DNA of 63,477 nt, the filler included, from Asterionella formosa (taxonomy: Eukaryota): the NCBI GenBank assembly GCA_002256025.1. It is 17 parts of 17 records of this genome, joined end to end, with 100 filler letters (N's around TTAATTAATTAA, not from the genome) between each part and the next. Parts side by side here need not be neighbours in the genome. Positions count along the whole stretch, not along the records: positions 24,041 to 45,177 come from NKIB01003091.1; 16 more parts are not named here. One strand, written 5' to 3'. The position numbers and the translations under genes are program-made. The notes under the pieces were generated by a model that was given only the letters and a program-made list of their open reading frames with translations, made no database searches and was not told where the DNA came from. Of this stretch, positions 34,803-45,277 are shown piece after piece (within the stretch, counting starts at the first letter, position 1; every line of letters begins with the position of its first letter).

Positions 34803-36012
34803 ATGAAGAGCTACAATAAAACGAATGGAAGGTCGATGTCAGCACCAAAACAAGCTCGTTGTCGTGCCATCACGATCATCATTCTAGTAGCTGCGTTTAC
34901 ATGGGCTTTCGTAGTGATTACATGGGCCTACTCATTGATGATTAAGCCATCAGCACCTGTTGCTGATAAGCAAATGATGGACGTGAAAGTGCAACGGCGA
35001 ACAAGCATTGACTTATCGCCCGACGATACACAACACCCAGCATTCATGGAAACGATCAAGAGCTGCGACCCAAACAAAAATGCCAAGTGCATGACCTTTG
35101 TTCCCGAAGGAGCACAAGGGGATCGTATTGCCGTTCTTTATCCTCCTGGAGCATTGGGGTATTTGTTTGAAACGTTTATTTTGGAAGTGGTGCAGTTGCA
35201 TGAACCAAAAAACTTGAATGCTACCCAAATTGAACTTATTCAATCAAGCCATGTCCCTCCAGTAAGTCCACACAAGCAACATACATCAAAAGTTATGGTG
35301 CCTCCTTCACTTCTAACCTTTGCTGTTTCATCTATTCTAGTATGGATATGGTAAAACACATGGACTCACAAAAATTATAAGACTGTTAGTGGCACCTTTG
35401 CAGTTAGCAGCTGCTGACCTGGTTTTGGGACGAATTAACAAGGGTGAAGTCAACCTGGAAGATGTTCGATACACTGATATTCAACAGTCGATGAGACAGA
35501 TTGTTAGATGGCATTGCCGACTATCCCATGTGGCAGCTCATACATCACTCATGACAATAACTTTGGAACAATTGATGAGTGATCCCTGGGGTCAAGAGTA
35601 TTTTGTTGCTCAGTTTTTGAACTTTCAACCGAAAGAATTTCTAATCCAACAACACTTAATGATGGAACAACATATTGATGAAGATGCATTGGAAGAATCT
35701 CTTGAACAAATTTTGCTGTATGAAAATGACTTGTTATTGCGAATAGAAGAGGCAGAAAAGTTACCAGATCAAATTGAACACCTTCTTGATGAAGTAGTTA
35801 ACCAGGAACTCGAATTAACACACAGCTTAAAGGATTGGCCATGTTTATCATTTTGGAATGCAGGAGATCAATCAAATCCAACTGAAATGAATGTAATCGC
35901 CAAACTTAATGCTCAAGACTTTGCTCCTAATTGTGATGGAGAGTTTTCGAGCTGCTTTGTGGCTCAAGACAAATGTGAAGCCAAGGGTGATGCTATTTGC
36001 AGGGACAAATAG
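34803..36012 (+). CDS. Hypothetical type II membrane protein, two exons (intron 35262-35340)
   Basis: N-terminal TM helix; GTAAGT...CTAG intron joins two ORFs in frame (HVPP|YGYGKTHG); Cys-rich C-terminus. Confidence 0.75.
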
Positions 36013-37101
36013 TCATAGCTACATCCGTTATCACATGATAATATAAGAACTCTGCAAGTCACATCACTATTATGTAAATTACTAATCAGAATAGTTTACT
36101 GGTAGTCTCCATTCCCTATACTGTACCAAACACAAATGCAATCATGCAAATGTTACAGATTATACTTGTGTTGTAGTAGGAGTGCAGTAAGTCACAGTAT
36201 CGCATGGAAAAATATCTGGCAGACTTAACTGCAAATTCGAGTTTCTGTTACAAACTATATGCACTCAAATCTAGATGTAGATCATTTTGTACCCATGTGA
36301 CTCTTCAAGCAATGGCAGTTGTGATACCAAATATGTAACATCTTAAGCGCCCATATGAAGTTTGATGTATCATCTTGGATCTATATAGATACTGGACTGG
36401 CTTCTCAATATACTTGGTGTTTTGATAAGCTAGTACTTGGAAACTGCATATTTGTTTTATGAATTAGATGGAATGATGATATGCTTATAAAATGATGGAT
36501 GTGGCTGTCATTGGTGCATTACCCCAAACAGAAATGCAAATGATGAATGATGTTTTATTTAATAATAGGGTGACATGATACAGTTGCCATCTTCAGCACC
36601 ACAACATATACCCTCTTTGGGTCTTGTGTAAAGGTTTGTGTCATTTTTGCTCCCAAGGCCCATCCTAGTATATATCAAAAGTCACACTAGTTTCTTGCAG
36701 ATACATGTGTATATAGGGCTAGGGTTATAACAAGGACTCCATCAGAACTCGATTACCAGGTACCGGCAGCATCCTCGACTGCATAGCTAACACCTAGCAG
36801 TGGTACTGGTGTGATGATTGAATACGACTTTGATTTCACCAACGCAAAACATAAGATATGTTCGGGTAAATAGTTGTATGTATATTCAATAAATACACAA
36901 TATACCGGTACTTCTTCTAGTTAGATACCGGTACCCTGGTACCTGGTACCAGTATTTCAACCGCTATAAGCATCATAGAATATATTTCATACATGTGCTA
37001 CCGGGTAACAGGTAGCAGGTACTCCGTACTATACATACATACTAAACTATATTATGCATACATATCTATCCATTTATGTTACATGCATACCGGTACAATA
37101 T

Positions 37102-37518
37102 TGTTGAAATGGTCCGTACTCCTTCCCGCGGGCTGGGTCTCTCTTCACGTAGGCTCTTACGTGCTCGTAGTACTACCTCGTACCACTTACTTTCTCTCTC
37201 GCCTCTGCTTCTACCGGTAGCCTTCCTGATAGATACCGGTAGACTAATTGACCTTCCTGTCAATTAACACACTGTTTCCTTGGTTGATAATTTAAACTCA
37301 AATTAAATTATAAGCTAAACTAAATGTTTCCTTTCCGTGCATCTTTGCTTCCCGCAAAGTCGTTCTAAGACTCTCTTCGAGTTTCCACTTGACATTTCCA
37401 TAGAAATCTTCAATCTTTGATCTTGTTAGACAGCTGATTGACGTGGCAATCCAATGTTCGACTCGTTCGATTACAATCGAGTCCACAATCCTTGTGACTC
37501 GGGCTAATATTCTTGACA
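37102..37518 (-). mobile_element. Solo LTR of the Copia family seen at 59357-60536
   Basis: Reverse complement aligns end to end with 60131-60536 (TGTCAAGAAT...TTTCAACA); no internal sequence; imperfect flanking repeat CAATAT/CAATTT. Confidence 0.92.
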
Positions 37519-37691
37519 CAATTTATCATCGAGTCCGAGGTGAACAAATCCTTCCTTCGCTCAACTTGTTCGTTTGACTTCTCGGATACCGGTAATAATA
37601 TATTCTTTTCCTTTTCATACTTTTGCGTCTCAATTTTCTCATCCCGCGAAACGGAACAGAACAACAATCATCCCTTAGAGTCGACAAGCGA

Positions 37692-38231
37692 ATGGGTCGA
37701 ACGTGCAGCTCGTGCAATTGCTACTTGGACAGGGCCGACTTTAGTCGAAACCAGTGGATGAAAGGCGATGGTTACTCTCGATGCACCGACTGTGTGGATG
37801 CGTACACACCAGTGCGGGCACCTGTGTACCAATGTGTAATTTGTTACCGTGAGTTCAACAATCAAAATGAGTTGAAAATGCATCAGCAAGTTCATCGACC
37901 GCGAGATGTCTCCTGTCCTGTTTGTGGTGACCGTCGGTTTCGTTCTGGAGCCAACGCTGTTCAGCACATTGAAGCTGGGTCTTGCCGTGGTTGTCGTGGC
38001 AGTGACAATGCTAGACAGCAGATTTACAAATTTGCTTCTCAGCAAACCCAAATGCGCCATTTTTTGACGGAGGTGCCCATGTTGACCTATGGAGGCTACG
38101 AGAACAATACGGTTCCAGACTTCCCATATGAGTGTCGTGATTGTCAAAAGGCCTTTCGCCAACTCAGTCAGCTCTTGCAGCACCAGGATCAAAAGCACGG
38201 AATTCCCAGCACCCGATATATTTCCTACTGA
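37692..38231 (+). CDS. Small zinc-finger protein (Stc1-like C4 module plus C2H2 fingers)
   Basis: CSSC...FSRNQW...RCTDC; YQCVICYREF..QNELKMHQQVH; CPVC..RF...AVQHIE; YECRDCQKAF..LSQLLQHQDQKH. Confidence 0.82.
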   Translation: MGRTCSSCNCYLDRADFSRNQWMKGDGYSRCTDCVDAYTPVRAPVYQCVICYREFNNQNELKMHQQVHRPRDVSCPVCGDRRFRSGANAVQHIEAGSCRGCRGSDNARQQIYKFASQQTQMRHFLTEVPMLTYGGYENNTVPDFPYECRDCQKAFRQLSQLLQHQDQKHGIPSTRYISY

Positions 38232-38888
38232 TCAACACCATAGCATAATAAAATGTTTTCTGTAGCCAGTTTATATATGCTGCTGTTCCAATAGCATCTT
38301 ATTTATCTGCCTGAATAGGAACTAACAACGTTCCTAGGACAAACTCAAATTAGTAAACTTTTTTGTTGCCTGGTCTCATCATAGTATGATTGCAATTTTA
38401 TCAGTTGCATTTTTCTCAAAAGGTCTACTGGTATATTTATTTAATAAATAGAATCACACTGAGAAGTCTTGGTTTTTATTTCACTTTGTGTCACTCCATC
38501 ACTTTGCCTTCCAATCAAACAGAAGTTGGGAGAATACCGAACCTATTGTTGTAATTAAGGCTATCAAAGGGAAGACCACAAATTAAAATCACAAATATCC
38601 AACACAACCTGATGTTGCATGGGAAACCTTGAAATAGAGTGCAGTATTCCAGACAAGAAAGGGGGGGAGGGTCAAATGCTACGGTAATCCTACGGAGGGC
38701 TTGTACCAGTCGCCCGCCTGTCCATGAACAGTCATTGCAGGATTCCCACCTAGATCGGTTCTCCCCGTTGAGCGTGCTCCTTCCCAGGAGCGCGTAGTAC
38801 CAGGTATAATGTGTACCGAGAAAGTACAACACTACTATCAAGGAACGATTGTGTGTACCTGTAGTAATAGATTGTTAGATAACAAAAG

Positions 38889-40844
38889 ATGAACGATTCT
38901 CATAATGATCGAGGAAATGGGAAAAGAAGAGGCTCAATGTTGGTGCTGGGATATTGCGGAAGAAAAAGGACCAGATGTCAAGCAAAGGTATCACACCTTT
39001 TCGCTCTAGTTTTCTGCTTCCAAAGTGCAGATACCTTCACCACAACAACACCCTTCGGTGTGTCGGTTCCTGTGCAGAAATTCAGATTCGCTCGTCGACC
39101 AATTCATCAAGCGAAACGTAAACCAGTGATATCACAGTCGCAGTACCCTCCCTCCCATTCAAACCAAACCATTGATTTACTCTTGGAAGACCTGGGATAT
39201 GGAGAAGATATTGACGAACATAGGTATTTCGATGACGAGAATTCAGACGCTCAAGCCGGCGACGAAAGGACTGACTTGGGTGAGGAGGACAGTGAAGTTT
39301 CAGAAGTTTCTTCTATTTTATCGAATCTAACCTTGGCAGTGATAACGCCTGAAGCCAAAGCACGAGACGACGATGATACCTTCTCTGATCTTGAGGCACT
39401 CCTGGCGAACTTGAATCTAACGATAGCTCCGGCCGAAACCAATGATGTTTACTCGTCAGTTCTGACGTTGGAGAGCTTGAGCAAAATAGCCAACTCTTCC
39501 GACATCGCATACTTCTACCTACAAAATGAGCTTAAAATACCCAGCGAAGATATGTGGAAAATTACCAATGAAGCTGGATCCATTCTTGGCTTGACCGCAA
39601 GGACGCTTCGACACAAGGTTGAACTACTGAGACGGACGATGGACCTCAGCGACGAAGATATTAGAACAATGATGAAGAGACATCCATCCGTTTTACAGCT
39701 CAGCGCGGACAAGAACCTCGCTCCGACAATTCTCTTCTTACAACGAGCCCTTGATTTGAGTCGCGAGGACCTTCGGGCGTTGATTGTTCCTTTTCCTTCT
39801 ATTCTATGTTATTCCATGACAACTCTGAAGGAAAAGATTAACGTATTTACCAAAATATTGGGATTCTCGATTGATGAATGCCGATCCCTATTTGTGAACC
39901 AACCTAAGCTACTCACTGCAGGCGTTAAGACTGGCTTGCTTCCTAGAGTTAAGTTCATGTTGGGAGAAATGGAAATGCCGATAGACGAGTTTCGAACCCT
40001 GATAAAAAAAAATCCACTTATTTTGCTTTATAGTCTTGAGCATAACCTCCGACCGAAACTCATCTTCTTCTTCATCATGACACTCCACATGGACACCCGA
40101 CACTTATCAAAATTGCTTCTCAAATACCCTCAAGTCATCGACTACAACCTTGAAAATCACATGCTTCCCATTTTTCGCTACTTCATTATTGACTTGGAAT
40201 TCTCTCCCACGGAAGTTCGTCAAATTCTCCTCAAATTTCCGCGCCTAATGACATGGTCGCTCTTGAAGATAAAACATGTTGTTGGCTACTTCCGATACGA
40301 GCTAGGGATGGATGCATCACAAGTCAAGCGCATCTTGTACCAGGCTCCCCAAATCATCGGTTTGAGTGAAGCGACTATGAGGCGTAAAGTCCATGACTTG
40401 CAGGAGACATTCTCATTAAAAGACGAAGAGCTCCGTAGCTTTTTTGGTGGCATGCCCACGCTCATCATATGTTCCTATGAGGCCAACTTGTATCCAAAGA
40501 TTGAATTTCTACGAGGTATCTTGGGGGACAGAGAATTACGAGAAGCTGTACTTTTACAGCCCTCTCTTCTTGCCTACTCACTAGACAAGCGAATTCAGCC
40601 AAGAATGCAAGCAATTCTCGGTATCGGAGCCCATCCTCGAGCTATTACGGTCGGAATTTCAATGAAAGACGATGCATTTCGTCTTTGGTTGAATGGGCGG
40701 CGTTCCAGACTCGCACAAGACCCTGGTTACGATCGTGTTAACAAAAAAAGTGGTGAAGTTGACTTGTTGCCAATAGCTACTCCAAAGGTCGAAGCAGTAG
40801 ATCGAAGCAAGCGAATTGTACATTGGAATAGAACAGTCGAATAG
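38889..40844 (+). CDS. mTERF-family protein, organellar
   Basis: Repeated P.(I/V)L.YS.E..L.PK..F units (HPSVLQLSADKNLAPTILFL, NPLILLYSLEHNLRPKLIFF, QPSLLAYSLDKRIQPR). Confidence 0.9.
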   Translation: MNDSHNDRGNGKRRGSMLVLGYCGRKRTRCQAKVSHLFALVFCFQSADTFTTTTPFGVSVPVQKFRFARRPIHQAKRKPVISQSQYPPSHSNQTIDLLLEDLGYGEDIDEHRYFDDENSDAQAGDERTDLGEEDSEVSEVSSILSNLTLAVITPEAKARDDDDTFSDLEALLANLNLTIAPAETNDVYSSVLTLESLSKIANSSDIAYFYLQNELKIPSEDMWKITNEAGSILGLTARTLRHKVELLRRTMDLSDEDIRTMMKRHPSVLQLSADKNLAPTILFLQRALDLSREDLRALIVPFPSILCYSMTTLKEKINVFTKILGFSIDECRSLFVNQPKLLTAGVKTGLLPRVKFMLGEMEMPIDEFRTLIKKNPLILLYSLEHNLRPKLIFFFIMTLHMDTRHLSKLLLKYPQVIDYNLENHMLPIFRYFIIDLEFSPTEVRQILLKFPRLMTWSLLKIKHVVGYFRYELGMDASQVKRILYQAPQIIGLSEATMRRKVHDLQETFSLKDEELRSFFGGMPTLIICSYEANLYPKIEFLRGILGDRELREAVLLQPSLLAYSLDKRIQPRMQAILGIGAHPRAITVGISMKDDAFRLWLNGRRSRLAQDPGYDRVNKKSGEVDLLPIATPKVEAVDRSKRIVHWNRTVE

Positions 40845-40914
40845 TTCAATATTAAGAAATGACTCGAGTGTGCATATCATTCGAGTGGTAGAGTAGAAGT
40901 ACATTATCTTCGCA

Positions 40915-43900
40915 TTAAAACGTATCGCTCGTCCATCGATGGGCAGTTAAAGCAGCAACCACCGAACGTCTAGCGACGTCAGATCCCATCAGCGAGAGAA
41001 ATAGCGTTTCGTCATCCGATCTAAAGTATAGCATGTTTGTTATCCCTCCAGTTTCGAGAGACCCCATTTCAACCAGTAGACACAACAGACGGTTACCCGA
41101 TAAAGTCATGAATGCCCATCCCTTCGTGCTCCAACCAAAAGTCCCGATTGGCTCCAAGACTGTAACAACTGAGCTATCAGCAACAGATGACGCATATTCA
41201 TCCTTCGTCACTCCTATACTCCGTGGAACAACAGGCAAGAGCATCATTTCGGGCAACCTGTGTGGCATTTGATACCACAGGAACCGGAAAACATCAATAT
41301 CGCCCCGCCCATCCCTAAAGAAAACAAGTGGACAAGGGTGCATTCCAACCATTGGAGATAATCTCACTGGCTCTCCTTGAAAGACAATATCCATGTTATC
41401 ATCATCGACGCCTACAATAGTATCGTCTCCGAGTGAGCCATCTCGTGACATCCCAGGATCAGTTTCTTCGTCGTCATCACCGCTATTCTTCGATTCGGAA
41501 CCCTTCATTTCGTGTTGAACTTCCTGCTCAATCATTTTTGGAGCTGGATGCTCAGATTCCATTTCTCGGAATGTTACTGAAGGGTGGAGCTCAATCGTTC
41601 CCGATGGCGGCCAATTATCCACGGTGACCTCCCAGGTTACGTGATCTCCTGGCTTTATTTCTTGTTTATAGATAGCTTGGGTAGAACAAAGAATATGACC
41701 TTCACTGCCTTTTCCACCTGCAATAGCAAAGGCGCTTCGCTGTTGCATAATATTCAGATCCATTCGGACACCTTGAGCAATCCCTACTGCAGTGACATTG
41801 TACACACGCATGGTAACCACAAGCCTGTATTCAGGTTCACAATCGTATCTGGGACAACGCCGGACCGAGTATGCCAATACAAACGAGACAGGATCTGAAC
41901 CCCCTGACAATGTTTGGATAGCTCCGCTGGTAGAAACTCGAGCACTTTTGGAAGTTCCGGCTTTTGGCAATCGATTCAAAGGTAGCGGTGGCGGCGCAAG
42001 TCGAAGCCAGTTACGGGAATGTATCAATAGTGGAGGTGAAACTCCACGAGACAACGCTGCTATTGGTGCGGTTTGAATTGATGCGTCAATCCTAGAACTC
42101 ACAACCTGTTTACAATACTGAGTGAAATATGCATAATGGGCTGAGTCGTTGATGACTAGGGGAGCATCAATCACAAAATCTGTCAAAATAAATGGGGACC
42201 GTCGAACGTCAGTGAAATGAAGGTCAGTGCTTCCTTTTTGAATCTGAGACGATGCTCGTCGATTGAAATCTCTCGCCGCGGTTGTCACCAGAAGTGAGAA
42301 GATTGATGGACTTTCTATTAAATCTTCAATTCGCTTCACGGCTTCCGAGCAAATTCGTAGCATAGGTGGACCCAGGCGGTCACCTTGGTCACTGTCATTG
42401 CCTTCCTTTAAATTTCCACCTTCAAGTGCTGCTAGAGCCACAGACACAATATATTTTGAATTGTCTAAATCACCCCCCTCATTGCCAGCACAATCTGCAG
42501 CAGTCAAGGCAATATTTTCGACGGCTGCAACACAAACATCTATATATTTGAGATGGCCTTGCCCAGAGCCTACAATTAGGTTCAACTCTCTGGTCAAAGA
42601 AGAAATTTCTTCCGAAAGAACCGTCAACAACTCCCTGGCATTCATTTCGTTCATATTCTGCGCCAAGGATTGTTCGTTCGAAAAAATAGAATGGACCCAA
42701 TGGTCAGACAGCAATGATATTAAAGAAATCCTAATATGTCTTGATGGAACGCCCTCACGAAATCTGTTTTCAAGAAATTGGTCTGCCAAGGCCCACAGAT
42801 CTTTTTGATAATAGTCTAAGCCTTCAATTTGCCGAAACCTTGCTAGCGCGGAATTAGCAACGGCCAAGTCTTCTAGCAAAAGGATTCTTTCTGGACTTGC
42901 CAGCGGTAGTAAGTGAAGCGAGACGGATGATGCCGGCGAAAGCGACCCAGTGATGTAGAAAATTTGATGAAAGAGACGGATATAGCTTGCTTGACATGCA
43001 GTTAGCATTGAGAAAAGGGTGCGTGAATCGATGTCCTCGTTTGGAAGGGGCGAATCCAAAGTGCGGGAATGCCAATTCACACACCAACTCAAATTAGTTA
43101 ATATCACAATCGAAGAAGAAACCCAATCTTCTAGTTCCTTCGATAATATCCCGCATTCAAGGTATCTTTCTCCCATTTCGCATGCAACGCTGCAGAAAGC
43201 CAGTACCAACTCTTCTGCGACATGTGTTGCAACAAATTCTTCAGTAGGCGTGGGGCCACCTGGAGCTCGGGTGCCACCAGACGATTGATCGTGCCCTTGA
43301 CTAGAAGTGGATTGATTAGAAGCCCAATTGTGCACTTGCTTCTTTCTGATAGAACGAGAGCTGATAAGAGCCTTGGCTTCTGGAGATTGGAAGAAAAGTT
43401 CGATTTGTTCTGCTCTGGAAGTATCCGAAGGGCCGTCTATTAAGAACGACAAGGCCAACTCAGTTAGAAATCCAACCCGAGCTGGGCGTCTGTAAAAACC
43501 ACCAACAAATAATCCTGGACTAGTTACTCCTGAAGGAGCTATTGTTGTGGAAGGCAAGAAACGAACTTCATTAGCAACAACCATTAGTGGTGTGGTTCGT
43601 TCATCCAACGGAAGGCCTCGTAGCGCCACCATCAATGTAGCAATCACCGCCATTTTGTGCTCCAATACGTCCATTGCAGCCAGTTGCTCTTGTAAGACTA
43701 CCACCGCCCACCGACAGACATCTCCCACCCAGCTGGTATGAGGACAAACATGAGCCAATCGAAGCGCGCTGAGAGTTGATGCATGTGCCAAATCACTTCC
43801 ATTCCCTTGTTGCATAGCTGGCAAGAGCATGGAAATCACAACGTCATGAACGATTCCCAATGCATCAACTTCGATCCACCGCTTGGCGTAACTCACTCGA

Positions 43901-44733
43901 TCCATCCCAAAGGTATTGCTAGGGGACGTCTTGACCAAGTGGACTAAACACCCAGTTAGAAAAGGCAATACCCGCATAATGTGGTTCGTCGAGTCGTAAT
44001 GCGAAATCCGTCGCACTAGTCTCCACAATCTAGGAGAGAGCACATTTTCATAAACTCTACATTGTAATTCCATTTGCGCGATGGCCGGGTCTTCGTCCGA
44101 CAGAGTTGCCAACGTGGGAGAAAACGGAGACGGCCTGGCATGGGCAATGGCATCGACTTGACGGAGCAATTCATCGTCCACAATCGATCCCACCATGGCC
44201 GAGGTAGATACTGTCAACATCCCAAGAGCTTCCACAGCGCATGCCGAAACCCCGTCGTCAATGTCCTCCAAAGCCACCATACACAGAGCTACCGGCACAT
44301 CTGTTCCCAGCTCGTCCTCCAGTCTGTTGAGTGTTCCATCGCGAATGGTACAGAGCAACGGCGAATGCCGCAGCCGGGCGTATGCAGATCTGGCCACGAT
44401 AGCCAAGGTCTTGGCTCCCATCATTCTACATCGCCGATCTTCGTGACACTGCGCGCATTCAGTGACGGCAGTCAGAATGGAAGAAATCAACTTGACGTAG
44501 GTGGCATCATGCCAGAGCGATTGTTCCGCGCCGGCAAATTGATTGATGTGAAGGCAGGAGCGAGCCACGGCTGGATAGGTCGATCGGTTGTCTGCCAATG
44601 ACGATAGGTGCGATAGGGGGTTGACGACATCGACAGGGAAAGTGAGGACTGGTACAGAGTCAGTTACAAATGTGGAAACCTTGCGCACCGTTTTTGATCT
44701 TTGCGGAGCGTCGACCTCCGATTTACTGGACAT
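40915..44733 (-). CDS. Large helical-repeat protein with beta-COP/TPLATE-like appendage
   Basis: 1272-aa uninterrupted ORF; HEAT-like N-terminal part; QTLSGGSDPV...MRVYNVT and FRFLWYQMP resemble the LTG.SDP...N.T and F(F)R.W motifs of TPLATE/beta-COP appendages. Confidence 0.55.
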   Translation of the reverse strand: MSSKSEVDAPQRSKTVRKVSTFVTDSVPVLTFPVDVVNPLSHLSSLADNRSTYPAVARSCLHINQFAGAEQSLWHDATYVKLISSILTAVTECAQCHEDRRCRMMGAKTLAIVARSAYARLRHSPLLCTIRDGTLNRLEDELGTDVPVALCMVALEDIDDGVSACAVEALGMLTVSTSAMVGSIVDDELLRQVDAIAHARPSPFSPTLATLSDEDPAIAQMELQCRVYENVLSPRLWRLVRRISHYDSTNHIMRVLPFLTGCLVHLVKTSPSNTFGMDRVSYAKRWIEVDALGIVHDVVISMLLPAMQQGNGSDLAHASTLSALRLAHVCPHTSWVGDVCRWAVVVLQEQLAAMDVLEHKMAVIATLMVALRGLPLDERTTPLMVVANEVRFLPSTTIAPSGVTSPGLFVGGFYRRPARVGFLTELALSFLIDGPSDTSRAEQIELFFQSPEAKALISSRSIRKKQVHNWASNQSTSSQGHDQSSGGTRAPGGPTPTEEFVATHVAEELVLAFCSVACEMGERYLECGILSKELEDWVSSSIVILTNLSWCVNWHSRTLDSPLPNEDIDSRTLFSMLTACQASYIRLFHQIFYITGSLSPASSVSLHLLPLASPERILLLEDLAVANSALARFRQIEGLDYYQKDLWALADQFLENRFREGVPSRHIRISLISLLSDHWVHSIFSNEQSLAQNMNEMNARELLTVLSEEISSLTRELNLIVGSGQGHLKYIDVCVAAVENIALTAADCAGNEGGDLDNSKYIVSVALAALEGGNLKEGNDSDQGDRLGPPMLRICSEAVKRIEDLIESPSIFSLLVTTAARDFNRRASSQIQKGSTDLHFTDVRRSPFILTDFVIDAPLVINDSAHYAYFTQYCKQVVSSRIDASIQTAPIAALSRGVSPPLLIHSRNWLRLAPPPLPLNRLPKAGTSKSARVSTSGAIQTLSGGSDPVSFVLAYSVRRCPRYDCEPEYRLVVTMRVYNVTAVGIAQGVRMDLNIMQQRSAFAIAGGKGSEGHILCSTQAIYKQEIKPGDHVTWEVTVDNWPPSGTIELHPSVTFREMESEHPAPKMIEQEVQHEMKGSESKNSGDDDEETDPGMSRDGSLGDDTIVGVDDDNMDIVFQGEPVRLSPMVGMHPCPLVFFRDGRGDIDVFRFLWYQMPHRLPEMMLLPVVPRSIGVTKDEYASSVADSSVVTVLEPIGTFGWSTKGWAFMTLSGNRLLCLLVEMGSLETGGITNMLYFRSDDETLFLSLMGSDVARRSVVAALTAHRWTSDTF

Positions 44734-45120
44734 TACTTTGGAACTGGATTAATAGGGAGATACATATAGATGGCGCTTGCAAAATGCGAGCGAAACAGAG
44801 TTAAACGCCAGTAGAAGAAACAAGTTTAGTCGATGACCAGATTATGGTTGGTAGTGTTGCTTATCAACATGAAAATCGAATGTGATACCAGTATAAATAG
44901 ACAATGATTGATTCCTTAGGATTAATATACAGATATATATTCTTTTTTGTATTCTTTTTATGTTCTATACTATTTACAGCATGGTGACTTCGTCTGCTGG
45001 CGTGCGGGGATCAGTACCTGGTACCGTCGTTGTCCGCACTTCACAACAGGGACATGTCTTTCTAATTCATTAGCCACACTCCTAGAACCCTAGTAGGGAC
45101 ACCATGAATAGAAAGACAGG

Positions 45121-45177
45121 TGAAGAATGCAGGAATCAAACCTATGAAGGCGTGCTAACCAACTGAGCAATCCCCCC
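45121..45177 (-). pseudogene. tRNA-derived sequence lacking the anticodon arm
   Basis: GGGGGGATTGCTCAGTTGGTTAGCACGCC-TTCATAGGTTTGATTCCTGCATTCTTCA: A-box/D-arm, B-box/T-arm and acceptor-like ends in only 57 nt. Confidence 0.6.
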
Positions 45178-45277
45178 NNNNNNNNNNNNNNNNNNNNNNN
45201 NNNNNNNNNNNNNNNNNNNNNTTAATTAATTAANNNNNNNNNNNNNNNNNNNNNNNNNNNNNNNNNNNNNNNNNNNN

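Noticed and set aside
37298..37667. Short ORFs here and at 60088-60351 as a conserved small protein
   Set aside because: They are incidental translations of the same LTR.
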